Source of the DNA: Phyllobates terribilis
Lineage: Eukaryota
Assembly: GCF_046119375.1 (NCBI RefSeq)
Contig: NW_027362762.1
Location: forward strand, 445,842,001 to 445,906,000
DNA length: 64,000 nt
Reading direction: 5' to 3'
Shown: positions 37,296 to 51,067 of the stretch, piece by piece
Numbering within the stretch: the first letter of the stretch is position 1
How the letters are laid out: every line of letters begins with the position of its first letter
Notes under the pieces: model-generated
What the model was told of the DNA's origin: nothing
The model's input: the letters and a program-made list of their open reading frames with translations, nothing else
Database searches by the model: none
Program-made: the position numbers and the translations under genes

Positions 37296-40200
37296 TAACT
37301 GTGCTCCAATGACGTAAATCAATTAAAGCCTAAAAAGGTATGAAGGTACTGGGCACATGCATAGATTGCTGTAATAGTTAATAAAGTTAAAAAGTGCAAA
37401 GAATAATGAAGTTAAAGCAACGAAAAATGCAGGCGCAATATAAATAACCATAGGCACGATTGTAGGAGTGTATATACAACACCAGAGCCACTCAGATAAA
37501 TAGCCCAAAGCATAAATAAAGGGTACAGATCATGTATAGACAATACCTTGAGAGATGTTTAGGCAGGCAAGGCAAGCAAGCAAGGCTAGGAGGCGCACAG
37601 GCATCGCAATGTGCGTTTCACCGTACTGGACTTTGTCAGGAGGCGGCAAAAATAATCATCTTTATTGCCAGTACCTACCACCGTGTAAATAGGGGTCAAC
37701 AACCTATTGTCTTATTATATAGCACTGTGTATGTACAATTACTCATTTTGCCTTTCTACTCAGTAAATCCTTCTGTTTTCCATTAGGTCTATGACATCAC
37801 ATGATTAAAAACTGATTAGCTGAATCCTTTTTAGCTCTATGTAGAAACAGGAGGTCCATTTTCCCTGCATGAGTCCTCACTAGAAAAGTCACTGGCAGGA
37901 GGGAGGAAAGGAGCATCTGGGTCAGGAGTTGAAGAGGGGGAATGATAAATGCATGGACAAGACACTTTCTGTTTCTACATAGAGCAGAGAAAAGAGAAGA
38001 ATTAGCTGGGTAGAAAGGCAAAGGAGCAATTGTAAGTACACAGTGCTATATAATGTGATGTCTGCAATATATTAAGAGGGTAAAAACTTAGATGGGAGAA
38101 CTGCTTCTTTAAGTCCACTAAATGAATCCTGTTTGTTAACTCTTTAAGTTGTATTTTAGTCTTGTTTGTAGTGTGGCTGTTATTTATCAAGTGTGTGTAG
38201 ATGAGGAATAGCAGTATTTCTGGTCAATATATGACTTGTATTGCATACTAATAGTTTTTAATTATGCAGGCTCTAGTCACTAGCAGCTCAGGCACCCACT
38301 TTGTGTGTCTCTCTGCCTCTGTCTACCTTCGAGCACCCTCCCCATTGACTTTTATAGGCAGCAGCTCTGATCTTTTAGTGAACACAGGTCTGAGGACAAA
38401 TGTGAGCAGTGAATTCAAAATGCAGAAGATGGGGTTGGTGGGAGAAGTGACCGAAAAATGAGGAAAGAGATATTTTTCTCTAATAATAAGATATTTTACA
38501 AAGTTTATCTTTGTTTATTCTACTGATTTATAAAAAAAATGAAATATTGTTACCCTTTAAGAAATCAATCTGACTATTTCTGTGTAAGGTAACAGAAGTG
38601 CTGCAATATTACCAAAATTATACCAAATATGGTTATGTTTGTAGTAGTAATCATATGTATAATGAAGAACCGCTGCTCAGTATGGAAGCATTCTCATTAG
38701 TTTCAAACAATGATGCAATCTTATGGTGCATTTAGACAGACCGATAACATTGGTATACAGAGATGTCTGAATGGTTTTATATTCCGTTTTTGGTGCTGAT
38801 TAAGAATATGACTTTGGTTTTGCCAGATTGGATCTAGTGTCTGAGATATTTAATAGTTAATTAATTACAGAATTCTGGCTTCAAAAAGTGGCTTTTTTAG
38901 CATTGTGAGCCTAGAAATTGAAATGCAAAATAATTATATGGGATAATTCATTACCTAAGACACTGTTAAAGTGTCAAAAGACAGACTAAAAGACCAAAAG
39001 CTATTGCATTTTATCACTCACAAGTCGCATTAGGGGAATGCATTATTTTCATGGATGAATTCTCTCAAAAACTAGAACCAATTAAGCAAAAGTAATGGGA
39101 TTTTTTTAATTCAGCGCCCTCAAAATACCCTAAATCCATTCAAAAAACCTTGGCACCTGAAAACAAAATTTGACGAAAGAGCATTCGTAAAAATGCGTGT
39201 TTCCTAATATTATCCTTTTTAAACATGCCAGCAATTACTCAACAAATGAGGAAAATGCTTCTTCATCGGATGATAGGTCTTTTTATGCTGACATAAAAAA
39301 ATCATCTTTATTGCCAGTAGATTTCCCCGTGTAAATGGGATGTGCTGCCGATAATACAATGTATGAGGATAGAAACAATTACCATTTCCAATCGTTCTGT
39401 TCCCATCAGTATTCATCGGCCTGTGTAAACTGGCAAATTAACTTTTAAAAAATAGCTTGGCGCTCATCAAAGTGTATTGACGGGCTGAAATCAGCTTGTC
39501 TAAGTGTTTCATTAGTTGTTCGATGGCCATCATTTGCACCTCCTATATTGTATAATAATGTATGATAATGTCAGATAATATATTACTTTTCATTATATAA
39601 ACAAGGGTGTCTTCCATTTATGATGTCAATATAAATGTTAAAACTAATCTGTCACACCCAAAACTCAATTTAAACGAATCAGACAGTCATAAAGGGGACT
39701 TGGCCCCTACAAAAATGCCTGTTGTGTAGAAAAACATGAAACAAAAACAGCAGACAGGAGGAAGGAATGTCTTCTGCGCCCACTGTACTCCTGGATTTAC
39801 GCTGTGTGCGCTCCACTCCTGGACTGTTCAGGGAGCGGGCACTCTGGGCTAGCAAATGCTGTCAAGCTACATATGGGGAGGTGGTGAGGGATAGTAAGTG
39901 AAGGGGCAGGACGGTGCACATGACACTTGGTCTTGCCAGGAATGCACCAAGCTTTCTAATTTGCATAATGAATGAAGACTGTTATCTGCACAAGGAAGGG
40001 AGAACAAACTACACCACAGGCATGATTTTTTTTATAGGGGGTGATCTTGACTGATTACAATAAGTATAAATTTAGTTTTGAGGTGAAAGACTCAAGGTAA
40101 GTCATTGCTGAATCTCTGATCTATTACTGGATCTTTCCCACTTGTGGAGCACAAATACAAGCATGCTGCTCACAGTGCTGTAAATGCATGTTTCTATCTC

Positions 40201-41548
40201 CACAGTGCAGCTGTCCCTTGGCTGGAGTCCCATCATTGCTGTACTCTTAGCTGCAGCCTTCAGCTTGTAAGGGACCCTTTGCGGCGAGTTTTGCTTCGCA
40301 GTTCCTAAACACCCTGTTATGGTACTCCTTAGTGTGTGTGTGTGATCAGGGGGTTTGGTGATAACCTATATTCAGACCACAAGTGGTTTGATGGTACCGA
40401 GACCTTGAGAATATGCGATGAATCAGTGAGACCAGGATACGTTCTAAAAATATTAACATTTCTTTACTGGAATTCTTCAATCAGGATTTCAACAATTGAT
40501 AGCAGACACAATACTTTCTATACAGTTCTTCTGCATCATGCAGAAGCTCCTTCTTTGAGATAATTAAATATGGCATTTCGATAGTATATGTACAATTCAA
40601 GAGTAACAGAGTAGTTCTCAAGCTTTCTCTGTTCTTACTTTCTTTGTCCTCCACTGCAATGAGTACCTGATGTTCCTTCCTGGTTGGAATAGGACTTCTC
40701 AACACCTCTAGAACCCCGGTTTACACTCTGCATTTTTTGTAGCCCACTCCTTCTAGCTGCCTAGGGGATTTCTGCCTCCCTCAGCTCTGTTTATTGCTAT
40801 TGCTGGTACTCACTGATAGTGAAAGGAACCTTCTATATACTCCTCCGATCTCTGCACTCTGGCCGTATAGGTAATCAGTTGCTGAAACACTTGTTCTGGA
40901 AAGCTGCTATCCTTTCAAAAACTTCTGTCACTGAACACACTTTCCAATCTGCGGCCTACTCCTGCTAAACAATAATGCTTCTTTTCTCCTCAGTAGGTAT
41001 TTATCAACTGCTTAACAACCAGGAACTAGCTTCCTGTGTGCCCATGTAACTCCTCCCAACCTGGACTGGCACTAACAGTTAACCCTGTCACCTCTGAGTA
41101 ATCAGGAAAACTGCAGCACATTAGAATAAATCACATAAAACAGCAGGTCAATACAATAATAAAAGTCTTCAGAGAGGGTGTTTAGATGACTTCTCCACCT
41201 TTACAAGCTGACTATGGTCCATTCCTTGAGTCCAGTGGATGTTTCTCATGCACCAAAGGCCACTCTGTGCAGGCTCGGACTGGCCCTCCACAAGGTCCAA
41301 ATCAGCTTCAAAAATCCAAGGAAATCCGAGGCACCAGAAAACTGAACCATTCTTGATTCATCTACCTCATTCGTAACTACTGCTGGTGCCTCCGATTTCC
41401 TTAGATTTATGCTCCATTCCTTCTAGCACCTCCTGTTGGATATGGTCTAGCCTAAATTCTCTCTAACTCCTGCAGATCTCATTAGATACAACCCTAGCAG
41501 TGTCCATACTGTAAAGATAGTCCCAGACTTTTACACAGCAAGTTTTTT

Positions 41549-41765
41549 ATTATTAGCTTATTTATTATATTTAGCTTATATAGCGCCATTATATTCAACA
41601 GCTCTTTATAGACATTGTCATCACTGTCCCCATTGGGGCTCACAATCTAGATTCCTTATCAGTATGTCTTTGGAGTGTGGGAGGAAGCCGGAGTACACGG
41701 AGGAAACCCACGCAAACACGGGGAGAACATACAAACTCCTTGCAGATGTTGTCCTTGGTGGGATA
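41549..41765 (-). mobile_element. 5'-truncated V-SINE
   Basis: V-domain and tail closely match 7970-8238; the tRNA head is missing. Confidence 0.8.
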
Positions 41766-43311
41766 CAGCACTACTAGCATCACTCATACAGTAGGTACAG
41801 CCCAAGCAGTGTCCATACTATTGTTATTTTTCCTGCAGTGTCTATACAGTACAGATAGCTATTCCAATAAAAGAGATACACCCCTCCAATTATTCACTGC
41901 CCCCCATGCAAGGTTGAAGATGGAATTGAAGGAAATGATGGCTCTTACATGGCTTGGTGCATTTATTCATTCTTCTTCCCTTAATTATTATGTGCTATGC
42001 TTATAAGCCCATCTAACAACATTCACAATCATAACTGAGCTGCAAATGATTGTGGTGATGGGTTTATGTGATGTAAAAACATTCCGAATGGATACATTTT
42101 TGTTTTGCTCTTTTGTTGTCTTTTGTAAACTGTATGCTTCATATTTTGAAAACTTATGTTAAAGAATTGAAGTAATTAAGTAAAATAATATATGTAAATA
42201 AAAGTATGGACTTGTAATAAATGCCGTCCTTTATAAAATGTCAATAGTTTGATCTAGTATGATGAACTGTGCTTTTAAAGTTATTAGAAATGACTAATAA
42301 GTCAGAGTTCAAGATAATTGCGTGGTTGAGACAATGTGTAGCTGCCAAACCATTTTGGATCAATACTTAGAGAAGACTCCCGTATTGTGAGATTCTTTTA
42401 TTTTGGTTAAATGCTATGCTTAACTTCATTGCAATGCAGTTGACCTTGTGACCTCTTTGTGGTTTTGTGGATAGATTACATAATACGTGTTTTTTATAAT
42501 GGACCGGATGTATGCTTATTGGGTTTTTCAAGGGTTGCGTTCTATGGACATGGAGTACAAGTACACAGATCTATAACACTCATTCCCCTTTAATTAGGAC
42601 TGATTAGAGGAGTTTTCCATATCAAGTGTACAGTACAGTGAATAAGTATATTTGACTTTTTGAGCTTATTACCTGCCTTATGCCTAACATTGTAAAGAAA
42701 GCCTTGACTATGACATTTCATTGATATCTCATAGGTAGCAGAGTACATAAAAATGTATTTTTTAAACAGAGTTCATAAATGTCCGACATGATTCCCTGCA
42801 CTGTAGTACAAAAATGACATAACTTAGTCCAAAGTTTTCAGAACACTTTTATTTTGGCATTAGTTGTGACACTCCATGTGGTCCTGCACAATATAGTACA
42901 CTGTTATATGCTGGGTTTTTCTGTCTGGCATATGGAACCCAGATTGGTGTACAATGTACCCAAAAATATCATTTGTGTTTTTAAAAAAAAAAAAGCAAAC
43001 AGTCAAAATGATATGCAGTGCCCAGCATAAATTATATATTTGACCCCCTTTTTCAGTTTTTGAGGTGTACTCAGTTTCAGTATTAGTTTATAATTTATTA
43101 CCTTCTAGGCTTTAAGTTAAGTTATACATTTTGCTTCATTAACATTTCTTTTATGTAATTTTTCAGTGTCTTTGATGTAAAAAGAGTTTTATCACCTGAT
43201 GACTTCATGATGTAGACGTCCATAATGAGTGGAGTTTCATTTACATTCAATCTCTCATGGGTACACCTATTGTTCCTAATGACCTAATGACCCCAGCATT
43301 TAAGCTGTTAA

Positions 43312-44207
43312 GGTACCGTCACACTAAAGGCCCCGTCACATTAAGCGACGCTACAGCAGTCCCGACAACGATACGACCTGTCAGGGATCGTTGCGTCGCT
43401 ATGTGGTCGCTGGTGAGATGTCAAACAGTCAGATATTCCCAACGACGCAGCAACGATGCGACGACCTGTAACGATCTGTATAACGATGCACGCCTATGTG
43501 TTTCTGTGTCTGAGTCGTTAACAAGGTCATTGGTAAGGTGTCAAACACACCGATGCATGCTACCCAGCGGGGCTTCAACGATCAAAGAAATGTCCAGACC
43601 ATTCTGACACGACCAGCGATCTCACAGCAGGGGCCTGGTCGCTGCTACGTGTCAAAAGTAGCGAGATCACTGCTGAGGTAGCTGTTGCGTCACAAAACTT
43701 GTGACACAGCAGCGATCTCGCTAGCGATCTCGCTTAGTGTGACGGGGGCTTTAGCGACGCTGCAGCAATCCCTACAACGATACGACCTGGCAGGGATCGT
43801 TGCTGCGTCGCTATGTGGTCGCTGGTGAGATGTCAAACAGTCAGATCTTCCCAACGACGCAGCAACGATACGGCGACCCGTAGCGACCTGTATAACGATG
43901 TCAGCGGTCGTTGGGATCCTGTCACATAGCAGCTACTCTGACGATTCAGACCTCGACTTCTCAGTTCTGAGTCGCCAACGAGGTCATTGGTAAGGTGTCA
44001 AACACACCGATGCATGCTACCCAGCGGGACCTCAACGATCAAAAAATGGTCCAGGCCATTTTGACACGACCAGCGATCTCACAGCAGGGGCCTGGTCGCT
44101 GCTACGTGTCAAACGTAGCGAGATCGCTGCTGAGGTCGCTGTTGCATCACAAAACATGTGACTCAGCAGCGATCTCGCTAGCGATCTCGCTTAGTGTGAC
44201 GAGGGCT
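43312..44207. mobile_element. Harbinger-type MITE with a same-family copy (43329-43750) inserted in its own left TIR
   Basis: Outer TAA TSDs. Two near-collinear ~420-470-bp units share CGTCACA(C/T)TAAGCGACGCT ends. Confidence 0.85.
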
Positions 44208-44416
44208 TAAGGCTAACAGTTGCGCAGATTTGTTGTCATGGTAACCGGAAACCTAGCAATGGCCCCTTAAGATTGTATCCTAGTTTTCTTTTTAGAACCA
44301 AGGATGCCTGTCATAAGAATACAATCCATTGGCTTTTATTGTATTTCTGATGTTGGCAAAGGGCTTATTCCCAGTCTCTGTGGTCCCCCTCAACATAGTT
44401 GTTGGGATTGACTAGA

Positions 44417-45066
44417 TGTCATGCTAGGTATGGAGATAACTCAGCGCATAACGACGGGAAAACGGGAGGGAGCCCTACAATTAGGAAAAGGGAGAGTGGA
44501 GACCCCTAAACAGATCTAAACAACAAACCCTAACTCTCCTATAAACCCTAAATAGGTTCTGCACCTATCGCCGAGCAGGAAACTTGGCCCTAGCTGACCC
44601 TAAGGCTAGGCCCTAGGTAGGGAGCGGGAGGGGTGAGCACTGAGTCAGCCCCACTACCAACTAAAGTACACACAGTAGAGACAAACAGAGGAATACACTT
44701 AGCTTCCTAGATGACACCTGAGAAAGCTCAGCAACAATCCACGAGGAAGCTCCAAAGTAATTCTAGCCTACTACTAGAATCCCAAACCTGAATAGGTATA
44801 AAACGCTATCACCAGTAACTCTCTGAGAAATCTGAGCATATTTAAGGACACAGCAAGGAAGTGCTGATTAACAGCAGAAGGGTGAGGATACCTCAGGGTC
44901 CTAAAGGGAAAGGTATAATCCCCAAGCAAAGGTGAGGATCACCGCTGGGTCCTGAAGAGAAAGGAAACATAAAAAGGATCACTGAGTTTTTTGTAAGGCC
45001 AAACGCAGCAACCTTCTACAGCCGGACATCGTATGACTGTCTGTCAACACTGACACACCCGTGATA
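44417..45066. mobile_element. Solo LTR, 650 bp
   Basis: TGTCA...GTGATA termini and TSD CTAGA/CTGGA; same family as 32970-33544. Confidence 0.75.
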
Positions 45067-45399
45067 CTGGAAAATTGTGACAGCCCTATGTCTAATAAAA
45101 GCCTCCTGGTCAGTCTTGTAATATTGTCTGTTAGGATAAGTGTACTCTACGTCTATGCCTCTTGCCTAAAGCATGAAAAGCTTTCGAGGTGTATGTTAGT
45201 CTTCCCATTGGCACCAGTTCATCAGACGAAGGCCAGAGGTGTTTTCTTTAGCCTCAGCCTGACTAGTATGCATCTGTACATTTTTTAATTAACTGTATGT
45301 AAAAGCACAGACTGCGCTTTCATATACAGAGGTCTATCACAATAAAATGTATGAAAAAATAGCGGCATATATCCATATCCTAAACGTATCCTGATTTAT

Positions 45400-46085
45400 G
45401 CATTCTGATATGCCCTAAGTAGGGACAGACAATCATTCCTTAAACCTAAGATCAAGGAGGATAGTGGGAAGAGACCGATTAAATTCATTGGCACCTTTGA
45501 CAACCAGCCTCATAGGGTCTTCAGCAAGCATTGGAATATCCTCCTTGTGGATCCAGACCTTAGTGATGTATTACTGCCCTGCCCCTAGAACACGTACATG
45601 AAAGGGAGGTCCATAGGTGATAAAATAGTCCATAGTTTCTATAGAAGACCCACACAACCTAGATCGTGGTTGGATAGGAAACCATGTGGGACATACAGGT
45701 GTGGAGATTGAAACATTTTGCTAGCACTACAACTGGAAAACGCTACTATACGAGGGATTTTGCTAACTGCAAGAAAACGGGTAATTTACCTAGCCATCTG
45801 TTGATTACCTTGTCATTATGTAGGGAAAACAAAACGAGAACTGCGCAGAAGAATTGGGGAACACCTCAGAGATATAAAACAGAAGAGAGATACCCTGATT
45901 GCGTGGCATGTGAGAGATTTTCACCACGGTGACAATAGGGCTATCTCTTTCTCTGTTATAGAGGTGATAAGTGAGAGCCAAGGAGGGGAGATTTGGATCC
46001 TACAAAAGGAATGCTAGTGGATCTTTTAGATGGAGTCCCCAAGCCTGAAAGGTTTAAATGAAGAAATGTCCTTCTTTTCATTCCA
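45400..46085 (+). pseudogene. Penelope-like element remnant, GIY-YIG endonuclease region
   Basis: KHWNILLVDPDL, VIYLAIC..HYVGKTKRELRRRIGEH and LQKEC*WIF..KGLNEE motifs with stops and frameshifts. Confidence 0.8.
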
Positions 46086-47879
46086 ATAATAATTTGTCTC
46101 TATTTTGAACAGTGGTATAGCTTGAAACAACAGCTTTTCCTGGTTGGATACAGTATCATACTCGACGAATACCATTTTGGAGGTGTTCCTACTACTCCAT
46201 GTTTTCTTTGATAGGACTGTATAATATATTTTTCTTATTAAGGTAGGATACCATTTATCATCACCTAAAAATGGGTTTTATTGTGGCTATTGTGTATCTA
46301 TGGGGAGATATCCCCACTCTATATCTTTATTTTATTATCATCCATCTTTGATATTTACGGTAAGTTAAAAATATCTCTACCATTTTTGGGATTAACTGGA
46401 GCATTCCTTTCCATTCCGGTGGGTGCGGAAAGTATTCAGACCCCTTTAAATTTTTCACTCTTTGTTTAATTGCAGCCATTTAGTAAATTCTAAAAAGTTC
46501 ATTTTTTTCTCATTAAAGTACACTCTGCACCCCATCTTGATTGAAAAAAATACAGAAATGTAGAAATTTTTGCAAATGTATTAAAAAAGAAAAATTTAAA
46601 TATCACATGGTCATAAGTATTCAGATCCTTTGCTCAGACACTCATATTTAAGTCACATTCTGTCCATTTCCTTGTGATCCTCCTTGAGATGGTTCTACTC
46701 CTTCATTGGAGTCCAGCTGTGTTTAATTAAACTGATAGGACTTGATTTGGAAAAGCACACACCTGTCTATATAAGACCTCACAGCTCACAGTGCATGTCA
46801 GACCAAATGAGAATCATGAGCTCAAAGGAACTGCCCAAGGAGCTCAGAGACCGAATTGTGGCAAGGCACTGATCTGGCCAAGGTTACAAAAGAATTTCTG
46901 CATTACTCAAGGTTCCTAAAATCACAGTGGCCTCCATAATCCTTAAATGGAAGAAGTTTGGGACCACCAAAAGTCTTCCTAGGCCTGGCCGTCCAGCCAA
47001 ACTGAGCAAATGTGGGAGAAGAGCCTTGGTGAGAGAGGTTAAGAAGAACTCCATGATAACTGTGGCTGAGCTCCAGAGATTCAGTAGGGATATGGGAGAA
47101 AGTTTTACAAAGTCAACTATCACTGCAGCCCTCCACCAGTCGGGCCTTTATGGCAGAGTGGCCCGACGGAAGCCTCTCCTCAGTGCAAGACATATGAAAG
47201 CCCGCATAGAGTTTGCTCAAAAACACATGAAGGACTCCCAGACTGTGAGAAATAAGATTCTCTGGTCTGATGAGACGAAGATAGAACTTTTTGGTGATAA
47301 TTCTAAGCGGTATTTGTGGAGAAAACCAGGCACTGCTCATCACCTGCCCAATACAATCCCAACAGTGAAACATGGTGGTGGCAGCATCATGCTATGGGGG
47401 TGTTTTTTCAGGGACAAGATGACTGGTTACAATTGAAGCAAACATAAATTCGACCAAGTACAGAGATATCCTGGATGAAAACCTCTTCCAGAGTGCTCTG
47501 GACCTCAGACTTAGCCGAAGGTTCATCTTCCAACAAGACAATGACCCTAAGCACACAGCTAAAATAACAAAGGAGTGGCTTCAGAACAACTCTGTGACCA
47601 TTCTTGACTGGCCCAGCCAAAGCCCTGACCTAAACCCAATTGAGCATGTTACGCTCACGCCCGGACTGACTGGTGTGAGCGTGATTAGTGATCCCACTGT
47701 ACCATGAACCGAGGAGTGCCTGGAGGGGCGTAACTAAGTATCAACCCGATCCGACCAAGGTCGCACGGCGGCTTAGTCGACTCCGTGAACCAAGGAGGAA
47801 CCGAGCAGAGGGACCAGGTGCTACTCCAGGTCAGACCCCGGTCACAGTTGTTGACCCACACCGGGGAATGCAGGAACAG

Positions 47880-48165
47880 GCAGGTTAGACTGGCATACAG
47901 GCAGGTGGGTATTGGCAGGCACGGCTGGTATGTAGACAGGTGGATACTGGTAAGCACGGCCAGTATGCAGACAGGTGGGTACTTGCAAGTACGGCTGGTA
48001 TGCAGACAGGTGGGTACTGGCAAGTACGGCTGGTATGCAGACAGGTGGGCACTGGCAAGCACGGCTGGTATGCAGACAGGTGGGCACTGGCAAGCACGGC
48101 TGGTATGCAGACAGGTGGGCACTGGCAAGCATGGCTGGAGTGCAGACAGGGAGGTACTAGCAGGT
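47880..48165. repeat. 35-bp minisatellite (~8 copies) inside the solo LTR
   Basis: Unit GGCACTGGCAAGCACGGCTGGTATGCAGACAGGTG. Confidence 0.9.
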
Positions 48166-48304
48166 TGGAGCGCAGGCTGGATAGGGTCCAGTACAGACTA
48201 GGAGACAGGTACAGAGCCACAGATGCTTTAGACAAGCAGAGTAAAGTGAAACTGCCGGAGCGGAGGACAAGGCAGAGCAGAGAGGAACTGCTGGTGCGGT
48301 GAGC

Positions 48305-48640
48305 AAGCAGAGCGGAGCGAAAACCGCAGGTGCGGTGGACGAGGCAGAACAGAGCGAAACCGCAGGTGCGGTGGACAAGGCAGAGCAGAGCGGAACCGCC
48401 GGAGCTGTGGGCAAGGCAGAGCAGAGCGAAACCACAGGTTCGGTGGACAAGGCAGAGCAGAGCGAAACCGCCGGAGCGGTGGGGAAGTCAGAGCAGAGCG
48501 AAACCGCAGGAGCGGTGGGCAAGGCAGAGCAGAGAGAAGCCGCCGGAGCGGTGGGTAAGGCAGAGCAGAGAGAATCCGCCGGAGCGGTGGGTAAGTCAGA
48601 GCAGAGAGAAACCGCTGGCGCGGTGAGCAAGCAGAGTCGA
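48305..48640. repeat. 36-bp minisatellite (~9 copies) inside the solo LTR
   Basis: Unit GAGCAGAGCGAAACCGCAGGTGCGGTGGACAAGGCA; gives a 12-aa periodic pseudo-ORF. Confidence 0.9.
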
Positions 48641-50685
48641 ACAGGGCTGAAGGTGCAGGCAGAGAGGACAGGGATCTGTTCACATGGAACAGACTGGAAA
48701 ATACAGGAAGATGGCTAGAACATAGGAGGAAGATACTGAGGAAGGGAAAGGGACAAGCAGAACCAGATTCAAACAAGGTACTTACTATGAAGTAGCGAGT
48801 GGACACAAAACTCACAAACAGAAGTACAGAGACAACGAGTTGGAGTTAGGTGCAGGTTCAGATACTGCAGGAAAAGGGAAGGTACGGACATAGAGACAAA
48901 CAGGTAACAGGCTAGGATGCAGTTCAGACAGGAACTACTACTGCAAAGAGATACAAGAACAAGCCTGGGTATACAGCCCCCAGAGTGGCGGAAACAGACT
49001 AGAAGTCAGAAATAACATGCCTGGGTATGCAGCCCCCAGGGTGGCAGAAACAGACAAGATAACAGGCCTGGGTATGCGGCCCCCAGGGTTCAGAAACAGA
49101 CAAGATACGAGACAAGACCTGGCATCTCAGAGGCAAGAAGCACACTGAAAGTTAGTGTTGCTCAGTAACCTCTTTCTGGGTGGAGGGGATTTAAATATCC
49201 AGTGACTCACAGCAATAGGCTGGAGACGCATTAGGGGTGCGCCCACAGCAGCTATAAGAATCAGGAAGTAACCGAGCCGCCGCCCTAAGCAGTCAGTCAA
49301 GAGACATGCACACAGCATGAACTTGAGCAAGGTTTTCAGGCTGGACTGACAGGTAAGATTGCGGTCTTGCATGGTGGGAGGTGGTGCACTATGCAAATGT
49401 GGCGCCCCTGGGGGTTCGGTCGCCACAGGGGTACTGCATCTCTTTAATGAGGTGTGGTATCCCTCCTTCGAGGTAAGGATGGTGCGGCTGACAGGACCTC
49501 ACCTCTGCATGCAACACTACACCTCTCCCACCTGAGGGGGGCTTATATGCACCAGTGTGCTGCCCCATCCGGGATAAGAAGAGATGGGGGGAACCAAAAG
49601 ATAGGGGGAACCATGTAGTGGGTGAGGGTGGAGGACGCACATTTAGGTTACACTTAATAATTCATATTTAATAAACAGCCATCTTGGACTTATGGTCTTT
49701 TGATTGTGATCTTCATCACTGAACGTGGCTTTCTGTGTGAACCTGCAGTTGATGGGGACACGGTCCTCGTTCTCTGGCCTTGAGTTGAGGAGCGGGCAAG
49801 AGTTAACGGTTGTCTCTACCCAGTCAAGGTCCCTGCCCAAGAAGGCCTGGAGCGAAGGATTAAAGCTCCACAAGCAAAAGGATCCCAGGGGGATGCAGAC
49901 GGAGCGGTATACGCCACCTGTCCTCACTATTCTGGCCTAGCCAGAGGGACTCCTGCTGCAAAAGGGGTACCGGCCCCCGATATCTGACTCTGTCACTTCA
50001 AGTCTTAGTCGGAGAAGCCCGGAGGCTCAGTGGATCCCACCGGGTAGCGGAAGGAGCGGAGTCGCCACCCATACCCTGGTTCTGTGCATAGTCCAGAGGG
50101 AGACCCGGCCTTAGTACAAGCACTACACACGGACAGGAGGGGACCTAGTGGGAAAGTCTAGGAACACTCTGGTGCGGGGTCCTGATCAAAGTATTTGAAT
50201 AACTCGGAGGTTGTCGATCCCCGGACCTGGTGGCCGCAGCGTGCCGTGAGGAGCAGGGAGAAGCCTTGCAGCTGTGCATTCTACCGTGAGTAAAGCTTGG
50301 AAGACTACCCCTATGGCCTTCGGTTTCTTATTGCAACGTGGCACCGCACCACACCGCACCACATCTACCACTACAGCTCCCATCCTCTTGTCCCCTCTGC
50401 CCTGAGGCCCTGCTCTGCCTGTGGGGAGTAGTATCCTCTCCGGCTGCCACTACATCCCGCCTCAGAGGACTGAACGCAGCGCTGGTGGGGAATCACCAGA
50501 CACCACAGGTGGGTGTAGTCAATACAACCACTCGATTAACAACAACCCTGAAAGCCCATTACACCCTTTTAGTGTGACGGCCCTGGGCATGGAACGGGTC
50601 CAGGCCACGGCTACAACCCACCAAACATCTGACCCGGCTCCGAGTACCCCCATCTCCCAGGGAAGGGCTGCGAGCGTCACACAAC

Positions 50686-50704
50686 TGACGTAGTCGGCAG
50701 GATT
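50686..50704 (+). other. Primer-binding site complementary to tRNA-Ser
   Basis: TGACGTAGTCGGCAGGATT versus TGGCGTAGTCGGCAGGATT expected from the vertebrate tRNA-Ser 3' end (one mismatch). Confidence 0.85.
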
Positions 50705-51067
50705 GCGTGCCCGCAGCAACTCAAGAGGATTGCCCATTGCTACTGGGTACTGTGCGCCTTTTACCTCAGACTGTCATTTTCCACTTAAAATGGTGCCCGC
50801 CCAAGAAGAACGGACGCCATAATGTGTAGAAAGGACGGCGTTCAAGTACCTCCTATCTTGGGCCTGGCTCCCCCATGGCGCCAAAAGAGCAAACCGCCCC
50901 TTCCATTAGAGACTGTCCGCGGGGTAGTGCCCGTCAAGACGGATGGGATGTCCGGAGGGGGGCCTGCCAGCTCACCGCTCTGGAGCCACCCCGAAAAGAG
51001 GAGGGAACGAGGAAAATCACAAGGTGCGGCCATAACAGTCCAAGACTTACCATCCTCAGGAGCAGAC

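Noticed and set aside
40266-41133. Possible solo LTR (TGTAAGGG...TCACA)
   Set aside because: No matching TSD and no related copy in the window.
45195-45235. Minus-strand CTGATGA near the Penelope remnant
   Set aside because: It is followed by GAAGAC rather than GAAAC..GUH, and stems I and III are absent.
47685-48815. Many overlapping repetitive ORFs; array superficially CRISPR-like
   Set aside because: These are head-to-tail 35- and 36-bp units with no unique spacers and no cas genes, in a eukaryotic LTR.
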